Shown here: positions 17,526-27,179 of the stretch, piece by piece
How positions within the stretch are numbered: position 1 is the stretch's first letter
Layout of the letters: the number at the start of each line of letters is the position of its first letter
Source of the DNA: Myxococcales bacterium
GTDB taxonomy: Bacteria; Myxococcota; Myxococcia; Myxococcales; UBA5297
Direction: 5' to 3'
Length of the DNA: 64,000 nt
Assembly (NCBI GenBank): GCA_049841135.1
Contig: JASGHK010000008.1
Span: 19,272 to 83,271 of the forward strand
Notes under the pieces: generated by a model
The model's database searches: none
Told to the model about the DNA's origin: nothing
What the model saw: the letters and a program-made list of their open reading frames with translations, nothing else
Made by a program: the position numbers and the translations under genes

Positions 17526-19043
17526 TTGAGCCGCCTTGGACTCGCCTTCGCCGCTGCGGCGGCCGTCCTTGTCGCATCGGCACCGGCCTTCGCTGATTCG
17601 CCGCTGACCTCGATCGACCTCGCCGCCGGGTACGACGACCTCCCGGCGGTGAAGTCGGCGCGCGGCGCGCAGAAGCTCCACGGCTCGGCGCTCGAGTTCC
17701 TGACCTCCGCCAAGGCTCCCATGGACCAGCGCATCGCCGTGGCGTGCGCCTCCGGCTGGGGACGAGGCAACGGCGAGGCGCTCATCGAGGCGCTCGCGCT
17801 CTCGCACCAGAAGGAGCCCATCGCGCTCGAGGCCAAGGACCTGACGGCCGCCGAGAAGGTGCTGCTGGGCTACGTGCTCTCGCTGGACAAGTACCTCGAC
17901 CTCCAGCCGCTGCAGCCGGGGGCGAGCGGCGTGCGCGGCCTGCTACCCAAGAAGCTCCTCGACGAAGGCGCTGCGGCCTTCCCCGACGACTTCGCGGTTC
18001 AGTACGTCCGCGCGCTGGTGAGCGTCCAGGACCTGCCGGTGGAGAAGTGGTGCGACCTCTTCAAGGTGCCGCAGAAGGTGCTCGACCGTTTCCCGGCCGC
18101 CAAGCGCAACCTGCGGCCGGCCGCCATCCAGTCGGCGACCGAGTACCTCGCGCTCTATGAGAAGGAGTGCCCGGGGTCGAAGGCGGCGCTCGACGAGAAG
18201 CGCGCGGAGCTGAACCGAATCTACACGCTCGCCCGCGTCGGGCCGCACCTGGTCGCAGGGACGCAGGGCGGCGTCGTGGTGTGGGATCCCGCCTCGCCGG
18301 CCAAGCCCGTGGCTGTCCATCCCGAGTTCATCTGCAGCGCCGTCGCTTGGGGCGGCGCGGCGTGGGCCGGCTGCGACAAGTCGGTCGTCCGCTGGGACGG
18401 CAAGACCTTCAAGAGCTACCTCGCCAACAAGGCCAACGACGCCGCGTACTACCACCCGATGCAGGGCCCCGGCGGCGCGCTCTGGGTCCGCTACGGCGCG
18501 TCGACCTTCGAGTACGTGTCCTCCTCCGACACCTTCAAGCCAGTGCAGGCGCCGTGGTCGGGCGACGTCTACGACGCGCTGGTGACCCGGCAGGGCGAAG
18601 TCTGGTGGCTCGACTTCATGACGTCGTTCTCGAACCGCCAAAAGACCTTCCAGCTCGGCAGCGACGAGTACCCCGGCAAGGACCCGCGCCGCTTCCGCGA
18701 GGACGCGGCCGGCCGGCTCTGGGTGGAGGACTTCGAGACCGGGCTCTACCGGTTCGATCCGGCGGGCGGAAAGTTCCTGCGCGAGAGCGGCCTGGCGCAG
18801 AAGGGAACGGGCGTCGCCTTCGACCTGAAGACCGAGCGCCTCTGGATGCTGCACTACACCGAGGGGCCGTACCTGATGCTCAACGGGCGCGTGCAGCAGA
18901 CCTTCGACCTGCGCCAGGACGGCTACATGCGCGACCTGCTGCTCGACGAGGACGGCACGCTCTTCGTCGGTAGCCACTCGGGCGTGGTGCGGATGCGGGA
19001 GAAGGCCGGGAACTGGGTGATGGATCGGTTCCGGGTTCGCTAG
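17526..19043 (+). CDS. secreted beta-propeller-like hypothetical protein
   Basis: AGGAGG RBS 7 nt before TTG 17526. Signal peptide MSRLGLAFAAAAAVLVASAPAFA. The C-terminal half has W/Y-rich propeller-like repeats. The long in-frame ORF starts at 17286. Confidence 0.5.
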   Translation: MSRLGLAFAAAAAVLVASAPAFADSPLTSIDLAAGYDDLPAVKSARGAQKLHGSALEFLTSAKAPMDQRIAVACASGWGRGNGEALIEALALSHQKEPIALEAKDLTAAEKVLLGYVLSLDKYLDLQPLQPGASGVRGLLPKKLLDEGAAAFPDDFAVQYVRALVSVQDLPVEKWCDLFKVPQKVLDRFPAAKRNLRPAAIQSATEYLALYEKECPGSKAALDEKRAELNRIYTLARVGPHLVAGTQGGVVVWDPASPAKPVAVHPEFICSAVAWGGAAWAGCDKSVVRWDGKTFKSYLANKANDAAYYHPMQGPGGALWVRYGASTFEYVSSSDTFKPVQAPWSGDVYDALVTRQGEVWWLDFMTSFSNRQKTFQLGSDEYPGKDPRRFREDAAGRLWVEDFETGLYRFDPAGGKFLRESGLAQKGTGVAFDLKTERLWMLHYTEGPYLMLNGRVQQTFDLRQDGYMRDLLLDEDGTLFVGSHSGVVRMREKAGNWVMDRFRVR

Positions 19044-19140
19044 GCGGGCGGGCGGGACGCCCGCAACCACAGGGCCCTCCCGCCTCCTTCACTGGAGGCA
19101 GGGCAGGACAGGAGCTCAAGCCAGGCAAGAGCCGTGGCGG

Positions 19141-19228
19141 CTGAAGAGCTCCAACGTAGATCGCAACGACCAGAGACGAACCCCCTCCCGCAGTTGGGAG
19201 AGTTGGGAGGGGGCAGGGGGGAGGGCTC
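19141..19228. repeat. dispersed intergenic repeat copy (core ccccctcccgcagttggga)
   Basis: Shares a 60-80 bp core with the copies at 38290-38355 and 58025-58120. Confidence 0.6.
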
Positions 19229-21331
19229 CTACTGCAATGCCTTCTCCGTCGCCCTCAGCAGCGCCTCCGCGCCCACCGGCGCTCCCGTGGCGTTCTCCAT
19301 CCACAGGTCGGGCACCACCGTGCCGAACTTCGCCATCCGCTCGAACTCCACGCCCAGCGCCGGCACCGTCTTCATCTTCTCTTCGATTTGGAAGGCGATG
19401 AGGTGGCCCATCGGGTAGTCGGGCGTGTACATCGGGTAGGCGATGAGGTGCGAGTAGATGCCGAGCAGGACCGTGTCCTTGCCGCCCAGCACCGGCGCGT
19501 AGAACTGGTTCCAGACGTCCTTGGAGATCTGCACCACCGCTTCGCGCATCTGCGTCGCGGTCGCGGTCGGGTGGTCGTAGAGCCAGTGCCAGGTCCGCAC
19601 GTCGACCAGCGCCACGCCGGCGATCTCCCAGGTCATCCAGAAGCTGTTGAGCGCCGCCAGCTTCTCGGCCTCGGGGTCCGGCTTGGCCAGCCCCAGCAGC
19701 TCCAGGTCGCGCGCCTGGAAGACGAAGGCGAAGGCCTCGGTGAAGGCGGTGTTGGGCACCCCCTGCAGCAGCGTGTGGTCCACCTCGTAGAGCGAGATGA
19801 CCTGCTCGACGTTGTGGCCCAGCTCGTGGATGGCGATGTTGTAGCCCTTGTAGTCCATCCCGTCCTTGCCGATGCGCGTGCGCAGCCGCGGGAAGTCGCC
19901 GCGCCGCGTCGCCTGCATGGCGTGGCCGGAGCCGCGCGCCGGGTCGACTCGAATATGGTCGGCCAGGAACTGTGCCTTCTCCTTGGGGAAGCCCAGGTCA
20001 GTGAGGATGCGCGGGAGGTCCGCGGCGAACGCCTTGGCGTCCGGGTACTTCTTCTTGGTGATGGCGTCGAGCTCGGCCTCGCTGAACTTCCCACGCGGCT
20101 GGAAGCCGTTGTACCAGAGGTCGAACGGCTCGAGCTTGCGGCCGAGCCGCTTCTCGATGCGCGCGGCGACCTTGCCGGCGAGCGGCGAGGAGGTCACCTG
20201 CGTGAGCATCCCCACCACCCGCTCCTCGGGGATCTCGCGGCCCAGGTCGAAGCGCCGGGCGATGACCGTCGGCGAGACCGGGCAGTATGGGTCCGCCGCC
20301 TTGTTGGCCTGGAACTGCGCCAGCCACTTCGCATAGCGCCGGTCGGGCTCGGGCGTGGCCTCGGCCTTGGGCGCCGCCGTCTTGGGCGCGCCGTCCTCCA
20401 CCTCCGCCGCCGGCGCGAGCGCGACGGTGTTCGCCACCGGGTCCCAGTCGACCCGCGGATCGTTCACCACCGCCGCGGGGATGGTCTGGGTCACGATGCG
20501 CTGCATGACCTGGGCGAGCAGGCGCTGCTTGGCGAGGCCGCTCTTGGCGTCGGCGTAGTCGGCCTTGAGCTGGTCGCGCAGGTTCCAGTGCGAGAGCAGC
20601 CGCAGGCCCTTGGGGAAGAGCCGCTCGCCGGCGGGGTTCACGAGGTGGTGCGCCCAGACGTTGTACTCGGCGATGTAGAGGTCGGCCTCGGCGCCGACCC
20701 GGGAGATCTGCTGCTGCACCTCGCCGGGGATGCGGAAGGCGAAGCCGGCGGTCAGCCGCGCCTCGGCCCACTGGCGGCGCGTCCAGTCCTTGCCCGCCAG
20801 CCGCTCCTTGAGCGTGGTGAGCGGGAAGTTGAGGAGGACGTGGAAGGCGATCTTCGAGTCGAAGAGGTCGTCGGTCAGGTGCGCCGCCGGGTCGAGCGCG
20901 GAGAGCATCGGGTCCACGGAGAGCAGCGGGCCCTCGTCGACGTCGGTGGCCCAGCGCAGCGAGCGGCCGATCTCGTTGAAGGCGCCGCCGACCTGCTCGA
21001 AGGTCGCCTCCAGGCGGTCGAGCGTCGCGTCGAGCTGCTGGGGGTCGGCGATGAAGTTCTCCTGCACGAACGCCTTGAAGTCGCCGTCCTTCTCGCGCCA
21101 CAGCGCCGCCACCTGCTCGACGCCGCGCTCGATGCGCACGCGCTGCGCCTCGCCGTGCTTGGCGACCAGGGCCGCCTTGAGCTCTGCGCACTCCTTCTTG
21201 AGATCCATCGGTCCCTCCACTGCCTGGGCTTGCGGCTTGGCGTCGGACTTCACGCTGGGATTAGTCGAGCAGCAGGCGCCGAGCGAGAGCGCGCACGCCG
21301 AGAGGACGGCCATTCGTCGGGTCGAAGTCAT
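19229..21331 (-). CDS. zinc metallopeptidase-like lipoprotein (HEXXH: IAIHELGHNVEQ)
   Basis: MAVLSACALSLGACC lipobox. A single HELGH motif in a roughly 700 aa protein. The peptidase family is not assigned. Confidence 0.6.
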   Translation of the reverse strand: MTSTRRMAVLSACALSLGACCSTNPSVKSDAKPQAQAVEGPMDLKKECAELKAALVAKHGEAQRVRIERGVEQVAALWREKDGDFKAFVQENFIADPQQLDATLDRLEATFEQVGGAFNEIGRSLRWATDVDEGPLLSVDPMLSALDPAAHLTDDLFDSKIAFHVLLNFPLTTLKERLAGKDWTRRQWAEARLTAGFAFRIPGEVQQQISRVGAEADLYIAEYNVWAHHLVNPAGERLFPKGLRLLSHWNLRDQLKADYADAKSGLAKQRLLAQVMQRIVTQTIPAAVVNDPRVDWDPVANTVALAPAAEVEDGAPKTAAPKAEATPEPDRRYAKWLAQFQANKAADPYCPVSPTVIARRFDLGREIPEERVVGMLTQVTSSPLAGKVAARIEKRLGRKLEPFDLWYNGFQPRGKFSEAELDAITKKKYPDAKAFAADLPRILTDLGFPKEKAQFLADHIRVDPARGSGHAMQATRRGDFPRLRTRIGKDGMDYKGYNIAIHELGHNVEQVISLYEVDHTLLQGVPNTAFTEAFAFVFQARDLELLGLAKPDPEAEKLAALNSFWMTWEIAGVALVDVRTWHWLYDHPTATATQMREAVVQISKDVWNQFYAPVLGGKDTVLLGIYSHLIAYPMYTPDYPMGHLIAFQIEEKMKTVPALGVEFERMAKFGTVVPDLWMENATGAPVGAEALLRATEKALQ

Positions 21332-21421
21332 GGTGGGGTGAGATAGCCCCGACCGTGCGCCGCGGGCAAGCCTGGTTGCGTCGGGAGGGCGCGGTCACGA
21401 TTCGGCGGGCGCGCGGTCGCT

Positions 21422-21627
21422 GCCGGCGGCTGAAGCCGCGCCTGACGTTGCCAAGCCTGCCTTCGCAGGCTGGGTGGTCAACGGATTCGAAAGCACCGGA
21501 AGGGAGACACGGCCCAAGCGCTCCAGCACACCGTTGCCGTTCATCCCGGCTGGCGCCTTCAGGTCCAACTCCCACCCAGCCCGCGAAGGCGGGCTTCGTA
21601 ATGTCAGGCGCGGCTTCAGCCGCCGGC
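21422..21627. repeat. 206-bp inverted-repeat element (56-bp arms, 51/56 identical, about 96-bp spacer), each arm with an internal hairpin
   Basis: Arm 21422-21476 is the reverse complement of arm 21573-21627 with 5 mismatches. Internal hairpins gcctgc-cttc-gcaggc and gcccgc-gaag-gcgggc. It lies about 90-300 nt upstream of the metallopeptidase start. Confidence 0.7.
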
Positions 21628-21659
21628 ACTGCGCGGACCGGGTCGCTTCTCCTCGCCCC

Positions 21660-22119
21660 TCAGAACGACACCCCGAGCCCCAGCGCCCCGCGCACTCCCG
21701 GCCGCGCGACCGTCCCCCGCCCTTCCACCTGCGGCAGGTGCAGCAGCGCCTCGACCGCCGCCGAGGCGAAGAGCGGGTCGACGATCGGGAGACGCACGCC
21801 GCCTCCCACCCCCACCACCGGCACGAGCGCGGTCCGCACGCCCTGCTTCTGCACCTGCTGCCGCCACCACTGCTCGTCGAAGCTCGCCCACGCCCGCAGG
21901 TCCAGCCGCCGCAGGGCCCACTCGGTGCCGAGCGAGGCCCCCAGCCCCACCACCGTGGTGTCGGCCACCGTGTCCACCGTGCGCATCGACTGGTGCTCCA
22001 CCTGCAGGCGCAGCCCCACCTCGACCGGCGCGAAGCGCAACCCGTAGGAGAGCCGCACCAGCGGCGTCGCGCCCATGCCGACCACCGCCGCGCTCTGCAC
22101 GCCGCCCTCCAGCATCAGC
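21660..22119 (-). CDS. small beta-strand-rich ORF ending in Phe (OMP-like C-terminus); separate gene or C-terminal domain of the caspase protein
   Basis: Its ATG overlaps the caspase-frame TGA (TGATG). Alternating hydrophobic pattern, terminal ...GLGVSF. No signal peptide. Confidence 0.3.
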
Positions 22120-23222
22120 CGGTGGCGCCGCAGCAGTCGAAGCTCTTCGCCCCCAGCCGCGCCTCGCCTCCCCAGGGCAGCTCCGCCTGCGCCGCGCCGA
22201 CGCTGGAGTCGGTGCGCAGGTAGACGACGTAGCGCCCCGGCGGCACGGCGAGCCGCAGCGGGCGGCCGGCAGCCTTGTCGGCCTCGGCGATCACCTGGCC
22301 GGCCCCACGCTCGCTCACCACCACCTGCCCCGCGACGCCGTCCTCGATCTCGATCGAGGCCATGGCCTGCGTCAGGTCGCTCACCACCACCTCGCCGCGG
22401 CCCGAGATGTCGAAGTGGAAGGCGGGGTGCTGCAGCGAGCCCGTCCACGCCGCGGTGGCCCGCTCGGTGTTGCGCGCGGCGAAGGCGTGCAGCTCGGCCA
22501 GGCTCACCCGCCGGTCGCCATCGGCGTCGGCGGCGCCGCGCAGCCCGGAGAGAAGGAAGTGCGTGAAGATCGACCCGCCGAGCGAGCCCATCTCCCTGGG
22601 CCTGCTCGGCGACGTCGGCGGAGACCAGCGCCGCGAAGCCCCGGACGCCCGCCGGCGGCTGCGCGGCGACGGCGAACCCCTTGGGCAGGGTGAGCGTCCC
22701 CGCCTGGCAGGCGTCGACGAACGCCACGCGGAGCTCGGCGGGACCCGACTCGAGGCGCGCGCGCAGCTCGTCCCAGGGCAGGCGCGTCGCGCCCAGGTGC
22801 AGCGCCTTCTCGTCCGCGTGGCCCGAGTAGAAGAACAGGAGCACCGCGGGCTCGGCGCTGGTGCGCACCCGCTCCTCGGCCTGCGCCAGGGCCGCCTTCA
22901 GCGCGGCCGCGTCGCCGCCCAGCACCAGGAAGAGGTCGTCCGCCGCCACCCCGCTCAGCTCGCGCAGCGCCTGGGCCATTCGCTGGGCGTCGGCGCGGGC
23001 GAAGCGCAGCTCCACCTCCCCGGGCGCGCCGAGGTCGTTGCCGGCCACTACCGCGACGCGGCGACCGAGCGGAGATGCCGCGGCCGTCGCGCCCCACAGC
23101 GCGACGGCGACGGCGACGGCGATGGCCGGAGCCAGCGCCTCAGCGGCTCTGGTTGCGGAGCAGGCCAAGGCGCGGGATTGCCCGGTGAGTGAGGAGGACG
23201 AGATCGTCGAGGTGGTCTCCAT
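22115..23222 (-). CDS. caspase-like (peptidase C14) domain protein; apparent +1 frameshift near 22595-22600
   Basis: His/Cys dyad contexts FFYSGHA and FVDACQAG. After ...AEQAQG the frame shifts to MGSLGGSIFTHFLLSGLRGAADADGDRRVSLAEL. The 5' end overlaps the stop of the upstream lipoprotein, so the start is uncertain. Confidence 0.6.
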
Positions 23223-25677
23223 CGAGGTCCCAGGGTACGACGGCTCTGAGGTAGCCGGCGGTGTCGGTGGAGTGCACGTCGAGGCTGGCCGCGCTCAGGA
23301 AGCGGCCCCCGCGAGCGACGAACGCCTTCACCTGCGTCCCGTCCTGCGCCCACGCCACCACGTCCCTCAGGCCGTCGCCGTCCACGTCCCCCACCTCCAT
23401 CGCCTTGCAGTCCTCGAGGTCCACCGGGCCCGACTGTCGGACGACCTCGAGCTCGTTCGCGGATGTCAGCCGGAGGGAGGCGACGCTGCCAGGACTGGCG
23501 GAGTCGACGAGGAACAGCTCGGCAGCTCCGTCGAGCCCGCGGCGGACCTTGCTGCTCCAGGGCTCCAGGTAGCTGCCGCCGAGCTGCGCGGGCAGCCGGG
23601 CAAGCAGGTGTCGCGAGGCCCCGCCCTGCCCATCGGAGAACCAGATCTCCAGCCGGCCGTGGTGATCCGCCGGGTCCTCGGTGATGGCGAAGAAGTCGTC
23701 ACGGCCGTCGCGGTCGAAGTCGAACATCCGCGGCGCCGACCACGAGTCCTTGAACACCTCGGCTGGCAGCGTGACCGGCTGGAGCTCTCCGGAGACGTCG
23801 CGATAGAGCCTGAGCTCGGCCCGGTCGAGGTGACGCAACCAGACCAGGATGGCGCAGTGTCCGGAGTCGAAGGGCCGCCCCGCCTCCAGCGCCTGGCCGA
23901 AGAAGTCCTCGGTGTCGTTCAGCACCAGGCTCGCCCGACGCTCCAGGCCGCTCTTGCCAGCCCCGAACACCATCGCGCCGTCCTTCAAGGCCCTGGTCCG
24001 ATAGTGGATCACCAGCTCGTCGACGCCGTCGCCGTCGAGGTCGCACGCCTTCGCGTCCCCGATGCCGTTCCTCGGCTCGTCCGGGCTGTTCGCGGGCCAC
24101 TCGGCCGCGTAGTTGACCGAGGCCGTCTGCCGGGCCGCGTCCTTGACCTCGAAGAATGCGACGGAGGGCCCTGCCCCCACCGCCACGGTTCCCAGGGCGC
24201 CAAAGTTCCCGGACGCCAGGTGCCAATTGCCGACCGTCTCCGGGTCCGTGCCGGGCGCGAGGGCAGGCCAGCCGGCGGAGAGCCCGTAGGAGTCGCCGAA
24301 CCTGGCGCGGAGGACGCCCGCGTCGCGCAGCACGAGGTCGCCGCCCTCGATGCCGTCGAGCTCGGCCATGCCCAGGAAGGCGGACTCGGTGCTGCCCACG
24401 AGCGTCTGGGCGCCGTTCAGCCACCGGTAGACGCAGGTGCCGGCCGCGCAGCCCCAGACGGTCTGGCCCTTCGCGCCGAACGGCGAGTAGTGGGCCGCGT
24501 ACGAGGCGGCGGACTGCAGCTGCTCCCCGAAGACGCGCCCCTGGTTCGTGTAGAGGACCGAGCCGTCGATCACCAGGTCGAGCTGCGGCGGCGCGGTCAC
24601 GGCCGCGGGCTGCAGGCCCGTCGCGTGGCCCGTGCCCACCCACTCCTCGGTGAAGGTCGGCCCGTAGCGCACGTGGACCCGGGCCTCCGGGCCGATCCAG
24701 GCGAGATCCGCGTGGCCGTCCCGGTCGAAGTCCTGGTAGGCCAGCTGCGTGCGCCACTCCGCGGTCCACTGGTCCATCAGCAGCTCGACGCCCTCCACCG
24801 GGTCCAGGACCGTCACCGCGCCCGAGTCCGAGAGGCGTGCCTCGCGCAGCGTCGGGTGGTGCTTCAGGGTCTCGGAGCAGCCAGCCCAGTCGGCCTGAAC
24901 GACCAGCACCATGAGGCGCTGCTCGTAGTGCTCGTCGAGCTCTCCTGGCAGCACGGCGAGCACGCTCTCCTCCGGTCCCACCGGCAGGTCGATGGGCGCC
25001 CCGAGCCGGCCCTGGGCGTCGCTCAGCCTGAGCATGGAGCCGAGGAGCAGGTCGGCCTGGCCGTCGCGATTGGCGTCGACGACCTGGTGCGTGCAGCTGT
25101 TCGTCTCGAAGCGCTGCGAGAAGACGAAGCGCGCCCCGCTCTCGCGGTTGAGGAAGACCACGGCTTCCCAGGTCGGGGCTGTGGAGAAGACGAGGTCGTC
25201 GAGGCCGTCGCCGTCGAGGTCGCCCAGCTGCGGGCGGTCGAGCTGGGCCAGGTCGAGGGGCTCGCCGGCGGGATCGAGGACGAGCCCGGGGCGGTTGAAG
25301 AGGACGGTGTCCGCGTAGTAGCGCAGCCCCGGGGTCCAGCGGGCCTGCTGCCCGTTGGCCGCGCGCACGACGAGATCGGCGATGCCCGGCGTCCCCTTCG
25401 GCGCGAGGAAGCTCAGCTGCTCGCTGTCGCGCCGCGCCACCAGCGAGACCGGTTGGCCTGCGACGAGCACCTCGACGCCCTCGGCGAAGTGCGTGCCCAG
25501 CACGGTCACCTCGACGCCTCCGGCCGCGGGCACCGCGTCGGGGAGCACGTCGGTGAGGGTGAGGTCGACGGACAGCGAGCCGTCGACGACCGAGTCCAGG
25601 CACCCGGTGGCACCGACGAGGAGCAGCGAGGCGAGGCAAGACGCGAGGCGGGCAGGAGCGATGCGGGGGCGACGCAT
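23140..25677 (-). CDS. large lipoprotein with N-terminal IPT/TIG-like domain and FG-GAP/VCBS (DxDGDGxxD) repeats
   Basis: MRRPRIAPARLASCLASLLLVGATGC lipobox at ATG 25677. Repeated DLDGDGLDDLV, DFDRDGHADL, DLDGDGVDELV and DVDGDGLRDVV calcium-binding-like loops. Confidence 0.7.
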   Translation of the reverse strand: MRRPRIAPARLASCLASLLLVGATGCLDSVVDGSLSVDLTLTDVLPDAVPAAGGVEVTVLGTHFAEGVEVLVAGQPVSLVARRDSEQLSFLAPKGTPGIADLVVRAANGQQARWTPGLRYYADTVLFNRPGLVLDPAGEPLDLAQLDRPQLGDLDGDGLDDLVFSTAPTWEAVVFLNRESGARFVFSQRFETNSCTHQVVDANRDGQADLLLGSMLRLSDAQGRLGAPIDLPVGPEESVLAVLPGELDEHYEQRLMVLVVQADWAGCSETLKHHPTLREARLSDSGAVTVLDPVEGVELLMDQWTAEWRTQLAYQDFDRDGHADLAWIGPEARVHVRYGPTFTEEWVGTGHATGLQPAAVTAPPQLDLVIDGSVLYTNQGRVFGEQLQSAASYAAHYSPFGAKGQTVWGCAAGTCVYRWLNGAQTLVGSTESAFLGMAELDGIEGGDLVLRDAGVLRARFGDSYGLSAGWPALAPGTDPETVGNWHLASGNFGALGTVAVGAGPSVAFFEVKDAARQTASVNYAAEWPANSPDEPRNGIGDAKACDLDGDGVDELVIHYRTRALKDGAMVFGAGKSGLERRASLVLNDTEDFFGQALEAGRPFDSGHCAILVWLRHLDRAELRLYRDVSGELQPVTLPAEVFKDSWSAPRMFDFDRDGRDDFFAITEDPADHHGRLEIWFSDGQGGASRHLLARLPAQLGGSYLEPWSSKVRRGLDGAAELFLVDSASPGSVASLRLTSANELEVVRQSGPVDLEDCKAMEVGDVDGDGLRDVVAWAQDGTQVKAFVARGGRFLSAASLDVHSTDTAGYLRAVVPWDLDGDHLDDLVLLTHRAIPRLGLLRNQSR

Positions 25678-25821
25678 GAAGGTCTCCTTTCGACCGGGTT
25701 GCCCTAAGGACGTCCGGCGCCGGAAAAGTGGGAAGGCCGGGCTTCGGGCTGCGGGCTTCGAGCTTCGCGTCAAGCACGTCGGGCTTCGGGCTTCGCCGGC
25801 CTGCCGTGTCCGAAGCCTTCC

Positions 25822-26586
25822 CTACCTCCGCTCCGCCTCGATGAGCAGGCTCGTGACCTGGGCCTGCACGCCCTTCGCCAGCGCCAGCGCGTCGACCTTC
25901 GACGGCTCCCCCCCGGCGGCGCGCAGCGCTTCTCGCAGGCGAGCCTCCAGGCTCTGGGGATTGAGGGGCTGCATGGAGGTGAAGAGCAGCAGGCGCTGCG
26001 ACGGGTTCGCCGCGTCGAGCGTGAGCCTGGGCGGCGCCGACGGAGCCTCCGGGCCGCCGGCGCCGAGAGGCTGGACGGTCTCCGGCGCGGAGAGCACCAG
26101 GAGCAGCCACTGCGCCTGCGGCCCCGAGGGCACCTTGGGATCAACCGCGTCTCCCGCCTGCAGCGCCTCCGTTCCTGCCGCGACCCAGCTCCTGTCGCCG
26201 CGATGGATGACGAAGACCCCTGCCCCGCCGCCCTTGGCCAGGACATCCGGGCGCTGCGGGTCCGCGCCGAACCTCGGCCCCAGCATCAGCACCACCAGCG
26301 CCGTCGCGGCCAGCGGCGGCAGCGCCAAGGCCGGCCACCTCCACCAACGCCTGCGAGGCTCGTTCGGGCCTTCCCTCGCCAGAGTCCGGAGCCGCGCCGC
26401 CGCGGCCGCCGGTGGATGGCGCAGCAGGAACGCCTCGCGCTCGGCGCGGGCGGTCTGGAGCTTGGACGCGCAGGCCGCACAGGCCTCCAGGTGACGGCGG
26501 GCGAGGCTCGCTTCGTCCTCGGTCACGGCCTCGGCCAGGAGGCGATCGACGAGGTGGTTGGGCAGGTGGTCGCCTAGCGGTTCCAT
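25822..26586 (-). CDS. anti-sigma factor (zf-HC2 type)
   Basis: MEPLGDHLPNHLVDRLLAEAVTEDEASLARRHLEACAACASKL, then a TM segment. Overlaps the sigma gene by 13 nt. Confidence 0.65.
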   Translation of the reverse strand: MEPLGDHLPNHLVDRLLAEAVTEDEASLARRHLEACAACASKLQTARAEREAFLLRHPPAAAAARLRTLAREGPNEPRRRWWRWPALALPPLAATALVVLMLGPRFGADPQRPDVLAKGGGAGVFVIHRGDRSWVAAGTEALQAGDAVDPKVPSGPQAQWLLLVLSAPETVQPLGAGGPEAPSAPPRLTLDAANPSQRLLLFTSMQPLNPQSLEARLREALRAAGGEPSKVDALALAKGVQAQVTSLLIEAERR

Positions 26587-27059
26587 CGTGTCAGGACCTC
26601 CCGGGCCCGCTCCTCGAGCCTGCGGAGCCGGTTGCCGATCGTCTTGCGCGAGACGCCCAGGGCGCTCGCGGCCTCCTCCTGGCTCATCTCCTCGACGTGC
26701 ACCAGCACCGCCACCTGCTGCGAGTCGAGGTCCAGCGCCGACAGCAGCCGCCCGCAGGTGTCCTGGCGCTGCAGCGCGGCTTCGAGGTCCGCCGGGGCGC
26801 CGCCTGCGGCGCGGTCGCGAAGCTCGCCTTCCCATGCCGATCCGCGCCGCGCCCGGAAGCGCAGCCGATCCAGGCTGAGGTTGACCGCGCTGGTCGTCAG
26901 CCAGTCCACCAGCGCCTTCGGGTCCGCGGGACCGCCCTTGAGGTAGCGAAGGAACACCTCCTGCACCACGTCGTCGGCCTCGGCCTCGCCCACGATGCGT
27001 CGGGCCTTGGCATGGACCAGCGGCGCGAACCTTCGGTAGAGCTCCTCGAGCGTGTCCAT
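26574..27059 (-). CDS. ECF (sigma-70 family, group 4) RNA polymerase sigma factor
   Basis: Region 2 (DDVVQEVFLRYL) and region 4 HTH (EEMSQEEAASALGVSRKTIGNRLRR). Confidence 0.85.
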   Translation of the reverse strand: MDTLEELYRRFAPLVHAKARRIVGEAEADDVVQEVFLRYLKGGPADPKALVDWLTTSAVNLSLDRLRFRARRGSAWEGELRDRAAGGAPADLEAALQRQDTCGRLLSALDLDSQQVAVLVHVEEMSQEEAASALGVSRKTIGNRLRRLEERAREVLTRWNR

Positions 27060-27179
27060 GCGGTTGTCGGGGCCGCTGACTTCAAGGACGTCCGGGCCTG
27101 CTTTTCTGGGAAGGTGGCGTGGCTCGAACTACCTTCTGGCGGGCTGGGGCGCAAGGGCAGGCCGGCGAGGGCCGCCCTC

